Positions 1 to 8,963 of a DNA stretch of 61,315 nt are shown piece after piece (position 1 is the stretch's first letter; every line of letters begins with the position of its first letter). The notes under the pieces are model-generated. The model saw nothing but the letters and a program-made list of their open reading frames with translations. It was not told the origin of the DNA and did not search any database. Position numbers and translations under genes: made by a program. The stretch covers positions 1 to 61,315 of the forward strand of contig JBBSHS010000002.1 in NCBI GenBank assembly GCA_038232515.1, in the 5' to 3' direction. This stretch comes from Acidimicrobiales bacterium (lineage in GTDB: Bacteria > Actinomycetota > Acidimicrobiia > Acidimicrobiales > JAUJNH01).

Positions 1-180
1 CCGGCACTCGCGTCCCCGCTGCTCGCCATGGCCGCCTTCGTTGGCTTCTCGCGGGTGCACACCGGGTTGCACTACCCCTCCGATGTGGTCGCTGGCGCGC
101 TCATCGGCGTGGGGGTCGGTCTGGTCGGGCGCCGGATCGGGGCCCTTGGCGGCGGGACCTCCGTCGAGGCGCCATCGTGA
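1..180 (+). CDS. PAP2-family phosphatase, C-terminal end (5' part outside window)
   Basis: Frame-1 read-through from nt 1 gives ...AFVGFSRVHTGLHYPSDVVAGALIGVG..., matching the PAP2 motif SRxxxxxHxxxD. Stop TGA at 178-180. Confidence 0.7.
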   Translation, partial: PALASPLLAMAAFVGFSRVHTGLHYPSDVVAGALIGVGVGLVGRRIGALGGGTSVEAPS

Positions 181-211
181 GCCGCGCGGCTGTTCGACCC
201 AGGATCGGCGC

Positions 212-1090
212 TTGGGCGTTTCGGTGGCCGTCATGCTTCTCGCCGCGGTAATGGCGGGCGGCGGCGGCGGACAAGCCACCATTGCTACCCCTCTGCCCAC
301 CGCGCCCGAGCCGGCGGTATCGCCGCCGTCGAGTGACCGGCTTCCGGGCACGGTGCTGCCCCTGGCAGGCACGCCGGAGGGTGTCGCCGTGATCCGCTCG
401 GGGGCGGCGGCGGTAAGCGTGCGCGATCCGAACGCGCTCGTGCTGTTCGACCGGCCAACCCGACCGCCCAGCGGACCCTCCCGATGAGCGGATCGGCCCG
501 TCACCTGTTCCTCGGAGGGCCGGATGGGCCTGCTCGTCCCCCAGGAGTCCGACGATCGGTTCGTCGCCGTGGATCTGCCCAGCGGCCGCATCCTCGCCTC
601 GGTCCCCGTCGGCCGCCAGCCCCACGATTCCATCCAGGTCGGGCCGGACACCGTGTTCGTGGCCGACGAGCTGGCTGACACCATCCACATCGTGCGCGAT
701 GGCGTCGTCACCAAGGTGGTGGGTGCCCCCATCCAGCCCGGCGGGATGGCGTCGTCGCCGGACGGCTCTGTCATGGTCACCGTCGCGGTCCGGGGCCGGC
801 GGATCACCGCCTACCGCAACGACGGGTCGATCATCGGCAGCGCCAACTGCGGGGCCGGCCCGACCCATGCCGTCACCGGTGCCGGCGGCCTGTACTGGGT
901 GGTCGACACCAACGGAGGGGCGATCCTCGGCTTCAAGGTCGACGGGCAAGGGCCCCGCCAGGTGGCCCGTATCCCGGTCGGGGCCAAGCCCTATGGCATC
1001 GCCCATGACGACAGCCGCTCGACGCTGTGGATCACGCTGACCCCCACCAACCAACTGGTCGGCCTGCACCTGAAGGGCACGTCGATCACG
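212..1090 (+). pseudogene. YVTN-type beta-propeller lipoprotein, disrupted
   Basis: ORFs 41..487 and 524..1513 share one frame and both read like propeller blades (GTPEGVAVIRSG, VPVGRQPHDSIQVGPDTVFVADE, GAKPYGIAHDD). They are separated by an in-frame TGA at 485-487. Between about 484 and 530 the blade-like reading (ARHLFLGGPDG) sits in another frame. Propeller-like sequence stops near 1085. It is a paralogue of the intact gene at 2632..3816. Confidence 0.55.
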
Positions 1091-1100
1091 TCGCGCACCC

Positions 1101-1544
1101 GTCGAGCAGAAGAACTGGACCCATGTCCGACAGCTGGTCGGCTACCTCCGCTTCGACACTCCCGACGAACTCGCCGTTCTCAACGGGATCTGGGAGCTCG
1201 ACATGGGCTCCACCAACCTGCTCTTGGCCCAGCAGAAGCTGGTCTCCAAGCAACAACGGCGCCAAGGTCACCAACGGTACGACCGAGCAGCCACCCCCTG
1301 TCAGCGAATCCTCGACCACCAGGCCAGCACGGAGCCCTGTCGATCTCAGCTGCGAACGGCCATGGTCGGCGTCCATCCCGGGAACCTCTGCCGCCAGGTC
1401 CAGGCGCTCACCAGCCAGCTCGAACGCCTGGCGCTGACCAAGATCCCCGCACCTGCCAAGCCCCGTGTCAACATCGCCTTCAACCACCGCTCCCAGCCGG
1501 AGGTTCTACCTGAGGCAACGACTCAGCCTTCCCGGAGGATTTGA
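1101..1544 (+). mobile_element. C-terminal remnant of an rve/DDE integrase-type IS transposase
   Basis: The frame containing ORF 1203..1544 reads VEQKNWTHVRQLVGYLRFDTPDELAVLNGIWEL..QQKLVSK..YDRAATPCQRIL..PRVNIAFNHRSQPEVLPEATTQPSRRI*. This is the stereotyped tail of actinobacterial integrase-core transposases. No N-terminal part or ends are present. Confidence 0.6.
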
Positions 1545-1804
1545 CGTGAGGCAACAGGGAGGTGCGGCGGGGAGTGAACGGCCCGCCGTTGTCCGCCGCG
1601 ATGTCAACTCTGTCTGGCGGAAGGGCATATGAGGTGGGCGGCCAGGTGAGGGTGACTTCGTGGTAACCACGGCCCATACCGTCAGATCAGATCGCTAAGC
1701 CATATGGCTCGGCGCTGCCTGTTGAGTGATCGCTGAGTGGCCCCGCCAGCATGCAACAATCCCGGCTGTGACTCTCCTCGAACCTGGCGCAAACCTTGAC
1801 TCCG

Positions 1805-1810
1805 TAGGGT
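1805..1810 (+). promoter_or_regulatory. -10-like box TAGGGT, 9 nt before GTG 1820 (leaderless candidate)
   Basis: TANNNT hexamer, no Shine-Dalgarno sequence between the box and the start codon. Confidence 0.35.
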
Positions 1811-1819
1811 TGGACCATC

Positions 1820-2635
1820 GTGGAGCGTGATCAGGAGGTACTCACCCGTCGCCAACTGCTGCTGGGCGTGGCCGGTGCGGGTGCCCTGGCGGCCGGCTGC
1901 TCGGGGGGCGGAGGCCACGCTTCGGCGCCCACGACCACAGCCCCGGGCGCTCCGGGTGGTGGGGCGTTGCCCACGGTCACCACCATGGCCAGCGCCGCCG
2001 GCGCCGGCGCGGTCGACGGGGTGGCCGCCTACGTCTCCAACGGCCCGGCGACCGGTCGGTCGGTGGCTCTGACATTCCACGGTTCGGGGGAGGTGGCCCT
2101 CGTCGAGAGGCTTCTCGACGAGGCCAAGCAGGAGCAATGCCCGATCACAGTGTTCGTCGTCGGCCAGTGGTTGATGGCCAACCCGGCGGCCGGACGACGC
2201 ATGGTGGCCGACGGTCATGAACTGGCCAACCACACCTTCACCCACCCCAGTCTGTCCAGGCTGGGTGCGGCCGCCGTCGCCACGGAGATCACCGGCTGCC
2301 GCGACGCCCTGGGCCACGTCCTCGGATCGCCGGGCCGCTGGTTCCGTCCATCGGGCGTCGAGACCCGGCCCAGCGATCTCATCTTGAGCCAGTCGGTGGC
2401 GGCGGGCTACCCCACGGTCATCGGGTTCGATGTCGATCCCATGGACTACAAGGACCCGGGGGCCGACGCCGTGGCCAGTCGGACCATCGCCGGGCTACAC
2501 GGCGGCGCCATCGTCAGCCTCCACACCGGCCACGCCGGCACCGTGGCCGCGTTGCCCCGCATCGTCGCCGCCGTGCGCAGCCGGGGCCTCGAACCGGTCA
2601 CGGTGAGTGACCTGCTCGGTCCTCCCCACCCGTGA
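1820..2635 (+). CDS. polysaccharide deacetylase (NodB-homology) with Tat/lipoprotein-type signal
   Basis: TRRQLLLGVAGAGALAAGCSG signal. NodB-like VALTFHGSGE...ITVFVVGQW...GHELANHTFTHP. Confidence 0.85.
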   Translation: MERDQEVLTRRQLLLGVAGAGALAAGCSGGGGHASAPTTTAPGAPGGGALPTVTTMASAAGAGAVDGVAAYVSNGPATGRSVALTFHGSGEVALVERLLDEAKQEQCPITVFVVGQWLMANPAAGRRMVADGHELANHTFTHPSLSRLGAAAVATEITGCRDALGHVLGSPGRWFRPSGVETRPSDLILSQSVAAGYPTVIGFDVDPMDYKDPGADAVASRTIAGLHGGAIVSLHTGHAGTVAALPRIVAAVRSRGLEPVTVSDLLGPPHP

Positions 2636-3816
2636 ACAACAGACGCAGCCTGGTCGTGGTCGCCGCCGCTCTGCTGGTGGGTGCCGCCTGCTCGTCCGGC
2701 AGGGCCACCAGCGCGCAGTCGAACGGTGGGGGCCGGGATCGGGCCGGGAACGGCGGCTCGGCGGTCGGCCCTCCGGGTCGGATCGAGAGCGGGATGCCCC
2801 TGATCACCGCGCCCAAAGGCCCGACCGACGTGTACGACCACACCCGGCCAGGCCAGCTGAGCCCGGCTGTGGACGGCGTCCCCAGTCGTGTCTACGTGCC
2901 CAACAGCGAGTCGAACACTGTGGACGTCATAGACCCAGCCACCTTTTCCGTCGTCGACCACTTCCCGGTGGGGGTGCTGCCCCAGCACGTGACCCCGTCG
3001 TGGGACCTCAAGACGCTCTACGTCGACAACGACTCCGGCAACAGCTTGACGCCCATCGACCCGGCGACGGGACGTCCCGGATCGCCCATACCGGTCGAGG
3101 ACCCTTACAACCTCTACTTCACGCCCGACGGGAAAAGAGCCGTCGTCGTGGCCGAGAAACTGCGTCGCCTGGACTTCCGCGACCCCCATACGTTCCAGGT
3201 GGTCAAGAGCCTGCAGGTGCCGTGCCAGGGGGTCGACCACGCCGACTTCACCGCTGACGGGTCCATCATGATCGTCAGCTGCGAGTTCTCCGGCGAGCTG
3301 CTCGAGATCGACCTCGACGCCATGGCGTTGCGGGGCGTGCTCCACGTCGGTGCCATGCCCCAGGACGTCAAGCTGAGCCCGGACGGCCGGGTCGTGTACG
3401 TGGCCGACGGCAGGAACGGGGTGGATGTGATCGACCCGGTGCAACTGCGCCAGATCGGCTTCATCCCCACGGGGAAGAATGCCCACGGGTTGTACATCAG
3501 CCGCGACTCCAAGGTCATGTACGTCTCCAACCGGGGGGCCAAGGGCGCTCGTGAGGGCACCGTGTCGGTGGTCGACCTGCCCAGCCGGACGGTGTCGGCC
3601 ACGTGGCCGATCGGAGGAAGTCCCGACATGGGTGGAGTCTCTGCCGACGGCACCCAGCTTTGGCTGAGCGGCCGCTACGACGAGGCGGTCTACGTCATCG
3701 ACACGAGCAGCGGGGCCCTACTCCACACCATCAAGGTGGGCAAGGGCCCGCACGGCCTCTGTGTCTTCCCCCAGCCCGGGCGCTACTCCATCGGCCACAC
3801 CGGCGTCTTCCGTTAG
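2632..3816 (+). CDS. YVTN-family beta-propeller repeat lipoprotein
   Basis: Signal peptide plus lipobox (LLVGAACSSG). Repeated blades (VYVPNSESNTVDVIDPAT, VVYVADGRNGVDVIDP, VMYVSNRG, VYVIDTSSG). GTGA start/stop overlap with the upstream gene. Confidence 0.85.
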   Translation: MNNRRSLVVVAAALLVGAACSSGRATSAQSNGGGRDRAGNGGSAVGPPGRIESGMPLITAPKGPTDVYDHTRPGQLSPAVDGVPSRVYVPNSESNTVDVIDPATFSVVDHFPVGVLPQHVTPSWDLKTLYVDNDSGNSLTPIDPATGRPGSPIPVEDPYNLYFTPDGKRAVVVAEKLRRLDFRDPHTFQVVKSLQVPCQGVDHADFTADGSIMIVSCEFSGELLEIDLDAMALRGVLHVGAMPQDVKLSPDGRVVYVADGRNGVDVIDPVQLRQIGFIPTGKNAHGLYISRDSKVMYVSNRGAKGAREGTVSVVDLPSRTVSATWPIGGSPDMGGVSADGTQLWLSGRYDEAVYVIDTSSGALLHTIKVGKGPHGLCVFPQPGRYSIGHTGVFR

Positions 3817-3874
3817 CGCCTCGTCTCGGAGGTCGCCGCAGGAGAGGCCCGGCCCGCAAGCCGAGGTGGATCGG

Positions 3875-3880
3875 TAACGT
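3875..3880 (+). promoter_or_regulatory. -10-like box TAACGT, 7 nt before ATG 3888 (leaderless candidate)
   Basis: TANNNT spacing, no Shine-Dalgarno sequence. Confidence 0.35.
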
Positions 3881-3887
3881 CGTCCCC

Positions 3888-4595
3888 ATGTGTGGGCGCT
3901 ACGTTGCCGCCACCCCGCCGGCCGAGCTGGCTGCCCAGCTGGGAGTCACCGAAGTCAGGGCTGACGATCTCGGGCCCCGCTACAACGTCGCGCCCACGCT
4001 GCCGGTGTATGCGGTTGCCGAATCACACGGCATCCGGGCGCTGGGGACCTTCCGGTGGGGCTTGGTTCCCAGCTGGGCCAAAGACGCATCCATCGGCAGC
4101 AAGCTCATCAACGCGCGAGCCGAATCGGTGGCCGACAAACCTGCCTTCCGCAACGCCCTGGGCCGGCGTCGTTGCCTCATACCGGCCGACGGTTTCTACG
4201 AATGGCAACGCTTAGGGTCCAAACCGAAACAGCCTTTCTATCTGCGGGCGGCAGACGGGAAGCCACTCGTGTTCGCCGGACTGTGGGAGGTGTGGCGTGA
4301 CCCGCAGGGCCCCGACGCCGATCCTTTGCGGACGTGCACGATCATCACCACTGGCGCCAACGCCGAGGCCGGTCGGGTCCACGACCGTATGCCGGTGCTG
4401 CTGCCCCCGCCGACGTGGGACGCGTGGCTCGACCGGGACAACCACGACGTGGCCTCCCTCCACGGCCTGCTGGTCCCGGCTCCTGACGGTGCCCTGGCAG
4501 TGCAGCCGGTGTCCAACACCGTGAACGACGTGCGTCACGAGGGTGCCGACCTGCTCGACGCCCCTGAGGAGCAGGAGCAACAGCAGTCGCTCTGA
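3888..4595 (+). CDS. SOS-response-associated peptidase (SRAP/YedK-HMCES family, abasic-site processing)
   Basis: Canonical N-terminus MCGRY (catalytic Cys2), then ...RWGLVPSWAKD...INARAES...RRCLIPADGFYEW. The in-frame upstream part of ORF 3603.. is Arg/Pro junk. Confidence 0.9.
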   Translation: MCGRYVAATPPAELAAQLGVTEVRADDLGPRYNVAPTLPVYAVAESHGIRALGTFRWGLVPSWAKDASIGSKLINARAESVADKPAFRNALGRRRCLIPADGFYEWQRLGSKPKQPFYLRAADGKPLVFAGLWEVWRDPQGPDADPLRTCTIITTGANAEAGRVHDRMPVLLPPPTWDAWLDRDNHDVASLHGLLVPAPDGALAVQPVSNTVNDVRHEGADLLDAPEEQEQQQSL

Positions 4596-4727
4596 CAGTG
4601 GGGGCATCAGAGCCTGTGCTCTGCACGAGCCGTCACCGGCTGTCCTTCGCAGCAGAGAATGGAGATCCAATCAGCCGGCGCCAATGCGGACCGTGGTTGG
4701 CCGACGAGCCCGAGGGGGGCCGGGCCC

Positions 4728-6614
4728 TCAGGTCAGGGGATCGCGCAGGGCGGCGAGGATGGTGGCGGCCACGCCTTCGCCGTCGAGACCCAGGCGGGCG
4801 AGGATGGCCGCCACCTTGGCGTGGGGGATGTACTCCGACGGCGTACCGAGCACGAGGACGGAGGGCTCCTGGGCCAGTGAGGCGACGTGGTCGGCGATGG
4901 CCTGTTGGATGAAGGCGCCGGCACCACCCACGCGCATCCCGTCCTCGACGGTTACGACGAGACGATGGCGGCCGGCGTCGGCGATCATGCGTGGGTCGAG
5001 GGGCCGCACCACCCGTACGTCCCATACGGTGGCCGACACGCCATCGGCAGCCAGCTTGTCGGCTGCGTCTTCGGCGGCCTCGACCATCTTGCCCACAGCC
5101 AGGATGCAGACATCGGCCGGCTCATCGCTGTCGGCACCCCGCAACTGTTGGGCCGACAGGCCGTGGCCCACCCGATCCGGCGGGACCTGACGAGCGGCGC
5201 CATTGGGGAAGCGCAGCACCGCCGGACCGTCCATGCTCAGGGCCTCGGTGAGCATGGTCGGTACTTCTTGGGCCGATGATGGGGCGAAGACGGCCATGGT
5301 GGGGATCTTGAGGCACAGGCCCAGGTCGAGCACACCATGGTGACTGGCACCGTTGTCGCCCGTGATGCCGGCTCTGTCCAAGGCGAACACGACCGGCAGG
5401 CGGTGCATGCCGACGTCGAGATTGGCCTGGTCGAAGCACCGGCTGAAGAAGGTCGAGTAGACCGCCACCACGGGTTTCAGGCCACCCATGGCCATGCCTG
5501 CGGCCAGGGTGGCGGCGTGCTGCTCGGCGATGCCCACATCATGGAAGCGGTCGGCAAAGTGGGCCTGGAAGGGCAGTAGCCCGGTGGGACCGGGCATGGC
5601 TGCGGTGATGGCGTGGATGGTGTGGTCGGCCGTCGCCGCGGCCAGGAGTGCGTCGCTGAAGGCCTGGGTGTACCCCTTGGGCGACGCCCACCCCACGGGT
5701 GGGCCGAGCTCGGGATCGAAGACGGGAGCGTCGTGCAGGCATTTCTCGTCGTCGTCCTCGGCCGGTGCGTAGCCACGGCCCTTCTGGGTGACGGCGTGGA
5801 CGACGACGGGGCCGTCGTGGGCGGCGGCCGAGCGCAGGGCCAGCTCGAGAGCCTCGACGTCATGGCCGTCGACGGGCCCGAGGTAGCGGACCCCCAGAGC
5901 CTCGAAGAAGTCGTCGGGCTCGATGACCTCGCGCAGGGCGGCCCGGACGGCCTCCAGGCCGGCCGAGGCGTAGCGGCCCACGGCCGGGAAGGACTTGAGC
6001 ATCCGGTGGGCCCGGTCCCGGTGGCGCACATAGGAGGGGCGCATGCGCAACTTGATCAGCGGCGTCGTCAGGCGGCTCACCGTGGGGGCATAGGAACGGC
6101 CGTTGTCGTTGAGCAGGATCACCACCCGGGTGCCGGAGTGGCCGATGTTGTTGAGGGCCTCGTAGGCCATGCCACCGGTCATGGAGCCGTCGCCGATGAC
6201 CGCCACCACGCGACGGTCGGTGGCCCTGGTGGCCACCGCCAGTCCGTGGGCGTAGCTCAGGATGGTGGAGGCGTGGGAGTTCTCGACCCAGTCGTGCTCG
6301 CTCTCGGCCCGGTTGGGATAGCCGGACAGACCGCCCTCTTGGCGCAGAGTGTCGAACAGGTCCCTTCGCCCGGTGACGATCTTGTGGGGATAGGCCTGAT
6401 GGCCGGTGTCCCACAGCAGGATGTCGTGCGGGGAGTCGAACACCCGGTGGGCGGCCAGGGTCAGCTCCACGGCACCGAGGTTGGACCCCAGGTGCCCGCC
6501 GGTGAGGCTGACGGCCCGGACGATGAACGTACGCATCTCCTTGGCCAGCTGGTCGAGCTGCCGGATGCTGAGGCAGCGGAGGTCTGCTGGGCTCGAGACC
6601 GTCTCCAAGAGCAT
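4728..6614 (-). CDS. dxs: 1-deoxy-D-xylulose-5-phosphate synthase
   Basis: 628 aa. GGHLGSNLGAVELT, ThDP motif GDGSMTGGMAYEALNN, full length. Confidence 0.97.
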   Translation of the reverse strand: MLLETVSSPADLRCLSIRQLDQLAKEMRTFIVRAVSLTGGHLGSNLGAVELTLAAHRVFDSPHDILLWDTGHQAYPHKIVTGRRDLFDTLRQEGGLSGYPNRAESEHDWVENSHASTILSYAHGLAVATRATDRRVVAVIGDGSMTGGMAYEALNNIGHSGTRVVILLNDNGRSYAPTVSRLTTPLIKLRMRPSYVRHRDRAHRMLKSFPAVGRYASAGLEAVRAALREVIEPDDFFEALGVRYLGPVDGHDVEALELALRSAAAHDGPVVVHAVTQKGRGYAPAEDDDEKCLHDAPVFDPELGPPVGWASPKGYTQAFSDALLAAATADHTIHAITAAMPGPTGLLPFQAHFADRFHDVGIAEQHAATLAAGMAMGGLKPVVAVYSTFFSRCFDQANLDVGMHRLPVVFALDRAGITGDNGASHHGVLDLGLCLKIPTMAVFAPSSAQEVPTMLTEALSMDGPAVLRFPNGAARQVPPDRVGHGLSAQQLRGADSDEPADVCILAVGKMVEAAEDAADKLAADGVSATVWDVRVVRPLDPRMIADAGRHRLVVTVEDGMRVGGAGAFIQQAIADHVASLAQEPSVLVLGTPSEYIPHAKVAAILARLGLDGEGVAATILAALRDPLT

Positions 6615-6623
6615 GCACCGGCC

Positions 6624-6629
6624 ACCCTA
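6624..6629 (-). promoter_or_regulatory. -10-like box TAGGGT (minus strand), 9 nt before the dxs ATG
   Basis: The reverse complement of ACCCTA lies immediately upstream of start 6614. No Shine-Dalgarno sequence. Confidence 0.35.
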
Positions 6630-6689
6630 TAGGCCGGCGGCCCGGTAGGTTCGGCGGAGATGGCGCCCCGTCCGGTGTACTGATCCGGC

Positions 6690-7010
6690 GTGGCCGTCGA
6701 CCGCTACCAGTATCTCCTGCTCCTGGCCCTGTGCCTGGTGGTGACCCTGCCCCTCGAGGTGCTGCTGGGAGTGCGGGTGTGGCGAGAGCCCCGCCGGCTG
6801 CTGGCGGCGGTGGCGCCGGCCACGGTCGCCTTCTCGATCTGGGACGTCGTGGCCATCAGGGGCCGCTTGTGGTCGTATTCGCCCCGGTACACCACCGGGT
6901 GGACCGTGGGGTTCGGGCTACCCGTCGAGGAGCTCGCCTTCTTCGTCGTGATCCCGGTGTGCGGGGTGCTGACCCTCGAAGCGGTCCGCGTCCGCCTACG
7001 GCGGCGGTAG
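6690..7010 (+). CDS. crtYc: lycopene cyclase domain protein (heterodimeric cyclase subunit)
   Basis: 106 aa, three predicted TM segments, with ...SIWDVVAI...GLPVEELAFFVVIP, the PxE(E/D) cyclase-domain motif. Confidence 0.8.
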   Translation: MAVDRYQYLLLLALCLVVTLPLEVLLGVRVWREPRRLLAAVAPATVAFSIWDVVAIRGRLWSYSPRYTTGWTVGFGLPVEELAFFVVIPVCGVLTLEAVRVRLRRR

Positions 7011-7020
7011 GACGGCGCCT

Positions 7021-7365
7021 GTGCACGCCTACACCCTCGGGGCGGTGGGATCGGTGATGGCGGTGGTGGCGCTCGAGCTGGCCTGGCTGCGCACCGGGCT
7101 TCTGGGCCGGCGCACGTACTGGATCGCCATGGCCATCGTCGTGTTCTTCCAGTGCCTGGCCGACGGGTGGCTGACCAAGCTGTCAGCGCCCATCGTCATC
7201 TATGCCGGAGGCCATTTCTCGGGCCTGCGGCTACCGTGGGACATCCCGGTGGAGGACTTCGCCTTCGGTTGGGCCCTCGTCACGCTGAGCCTGGTGCTGT
7301 GGGAGCGCCAGTCGACCCCGGCCGACGCGACCCCGGCACCCGACCCGTTGGTGCGTAGGCTCTGA
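7021..7365 (+). CDS. crtYd: lycopene cyclase domain protein (second subunit)
   Basis: 114 aa membrane protein with ...DGWLTK...WDIPVEDFAFGWALV motif. Adjacent to the first half-cyclase. Confidence 0.8.
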   Translation: MHAYTLGAVGSVMAVVALELAWLRTGLLGRRTYWIAMAIVVFFQCLADGWLTKLSAPIVIYAGGHFSGLRLPWDIPVEDFAFGWALVTLSLVLWERQSTPADATPAPDPLVRRL

Positions 7366-7368
7366 GGC

Positions 7369-7881
7369 ATGTCGACGCTGAACGTGGCGCTGATTTTCGT
7401 CGGTGCGTTCTGCGTGATGGAGCCGGTCACCTACCTGGCCCACCGCTTCGTCATGCACGGCATCGGCTGGGCGCTGCACCGCTCCCACCACGCCGCCGCC
7501 GCCGGCCGCTTCGAGGCCAACGACGCCTTCCCCCTCGTCTTCGGCTCGTTGACCGTGCTGGCCATGGCCGTCGGGTTCAATGTGTCGTCGTTGCGGTTCC
7601 TCGTGGCCCTGACGGCCGGCATCACGCTGTACGGCGCTGCCTACGGCTTCGTGCACGACGTCTACATCCACGGCCGTCTCGGCCTGTGGCCCCGCCTGCC
7701 CGGCAGTCCGGTGCTCGAGCGCCTGCGCTGGGCCCACGGCCTGCACCACCGCTACGGCGGCGAGCCGTACGGCATGCTCGTGCCGATCGTGCCGCGGGCG
7801 CTCCGCTCCCGCGCCGCTGGCGCCGTCCTCGGCGGCCATCGCTCCGCTCGGCCGCCTGCGGCGGGGAAGGCCCGAGCCTAA
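7369..7881 (+). CDS. crtZ: beta-carotene 3-hydroxylase (fatty-acid hydroxylase superfamily)
   Basis: His boxes HRFVMH, HRSHH, HDVYIH, HGLHH in CrtZ-like order and spacing. Confidence 0.85.
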   Translation: MSTLNVALIFVGAFCVMEPVTYLAHRFVMHGIGWALHRSHHAAAAGRFEANDAFPLVFGSLTVLAMAVGFNVSSLRFLVALTAGITLYGAAYGFVHDVYIHGRLGLWPRLPGSPVLERLRWAHGLHHRYGGEPYGMLVPIVPRALRSRAAGAVLGGHRSARPPAAGKARA

Positions 7882-7890
7882 AGGCATTTT

Positions 7891-8046
7891 GGAGCTCGCT
7901 GCGCTCGCCCTCATCTCCGTTCGCCTTCGGCGGAGCCGGCGGCGAACCTGTGGGGGCAAGGCCCCCACGCCCCCATCGGGGGCTGCGCCCCCGAAACACC
8001 CAGAACCGGCAAGGCCAAGGCAAGGGCCCCCACGCCCCCTTCGGGA
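7891..8046 (+). repeat. repeat family 2, copy 2A (G/C hairpin-rich intergenic element)
   Basis: GGAGCTCGCTGCGCTCGCCCTCATCTC...CGGCGGAGCCGG...GTGGGGGCAAGGCCCCCAC aligns with 41329-41448. CCCACGCCCCC at 7964-7974 and 8029-8039. Confidence 0.75.
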
Positions 8047-8054
8047 CTTGGCCT

Positions 8055-8963
8055 CTATGGGCGGAGGGCTCCTGCGCCTATGGCCACCTTTTTCCAGGTC
8101 GGCACCCGGAGGCGGGTGGAGAAGACGTCGTAGTCTTCGTCCTCCACCCGGTCGAGTATGCCGCCGTAGAGGGTGCGGGCGGCTTGGACGCAGCGGGCCG
8201 AGCGGCCGGTCAGCAGGGCGATGCCCTGATCGCCGGACCGGTAGTAGGTGCGGGTGCGCCCGATCTCGAAGCGGAGCAGATCGGCGAAACCGGGCGTCAC
8301 CCGGCGCTGGCTCAGCGCTTCTTCGGCCCCGAAGCGGCGGACGTCCTCCTCGGGCAGGTAGACGCGGCCCCGGTCCAGGTCCTCGTCGATGTCCCGGATG
8401 AAGTTGGTGAGCTGGAAGCCGATGCCGAGGTCGCGGGCGTGGTCGAAGGCGGCCGGCGAGGAGGGTGCCAGTACAGGCAGCATCATCTCGCCGATGACGG
8501 CAGCCGACCCGTCCATGTAGTCGAGCAGGTCGGCGAACGTCTCGTACCGGCACACGGACAGATCCATGGCCATGGAGCCCAGGAAGCGCCGGAAGCACTC
8601 CGGCTCGAGCTCGAAGACGCCGATGGTGTGGACGACCGCTTTGAGCACCGGGTGGTCGGAGTCTCCCCGCTCCAGGTCTTCGAAGAGGCGTTGAGACAGA
8701 GCCGCCAGCCCACGGGCCCGGGCCTCGACCGGTGCCGGGCCGAGGTCGTCGACGATGTCGTCGGCGTGCCGGCAGAAGCCGTACAGGGCGTGGACATAGG
8801 GCCGTTTGGGCTTGGGCAGCAGCGCCGTCGCCCAGTAGTAGCTCGTGCCGTAGGCCCGGTGTAGTTGCCGGCAGTGCTCGAAGCTCTGCTGCAGCGTCAC
8901 CGCTTCGGCCGGGGAAGGCTCGGCCGGGGTGCCGCCAGCGGAGCCCCGGCGCTTCACCTCCAC
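8055..8963 (-). CDS. crtB: phytoene synthase
   Basis: SYYWATALLPKPKRPYVHALYGFCRHADDIVDD and the second Asp-rich region FIRDIDEDLDRGRVYLP. Confidence 0.95.
   Translation of the reverse strand: MEVKRRGSAGGTPAEPSPAEAVTLQQSFEHCRQLHRAYGTSYYWATALLPKPKRPYVHALYGFCRHADDIVDDLGPAPVEARARGLAALSQRLFEDLERGDSDHPVLKAVVHTIGVFELEPECFRRFLGSMAMDLSVCRYETFADLLDYMDGSAAVIGEMMLPVLAPSSPAAFDHARDLGIGFQLTNFIRDIDEDLDRGRVYLPEEDVRRFGAEEALSQRRVTPGFADLLRFEIGRTRTYYRSGDQGIALLTGRSARCVQAARTLYGGILDRVEDEDYDVFSTRLRVPTWKKVAIGAGALRP

Noticed and set aside
485-487. In-frame TGA in the propeller gene read as selenocysteine, or as programmed read-through.
   Set aside because: No SECIS-like context is evident. The adjacent ~45 nt read better in another frame, and the gene is also 3'-truncated. 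Pseudogenisation or a local sequencing error is the simpler explanation.
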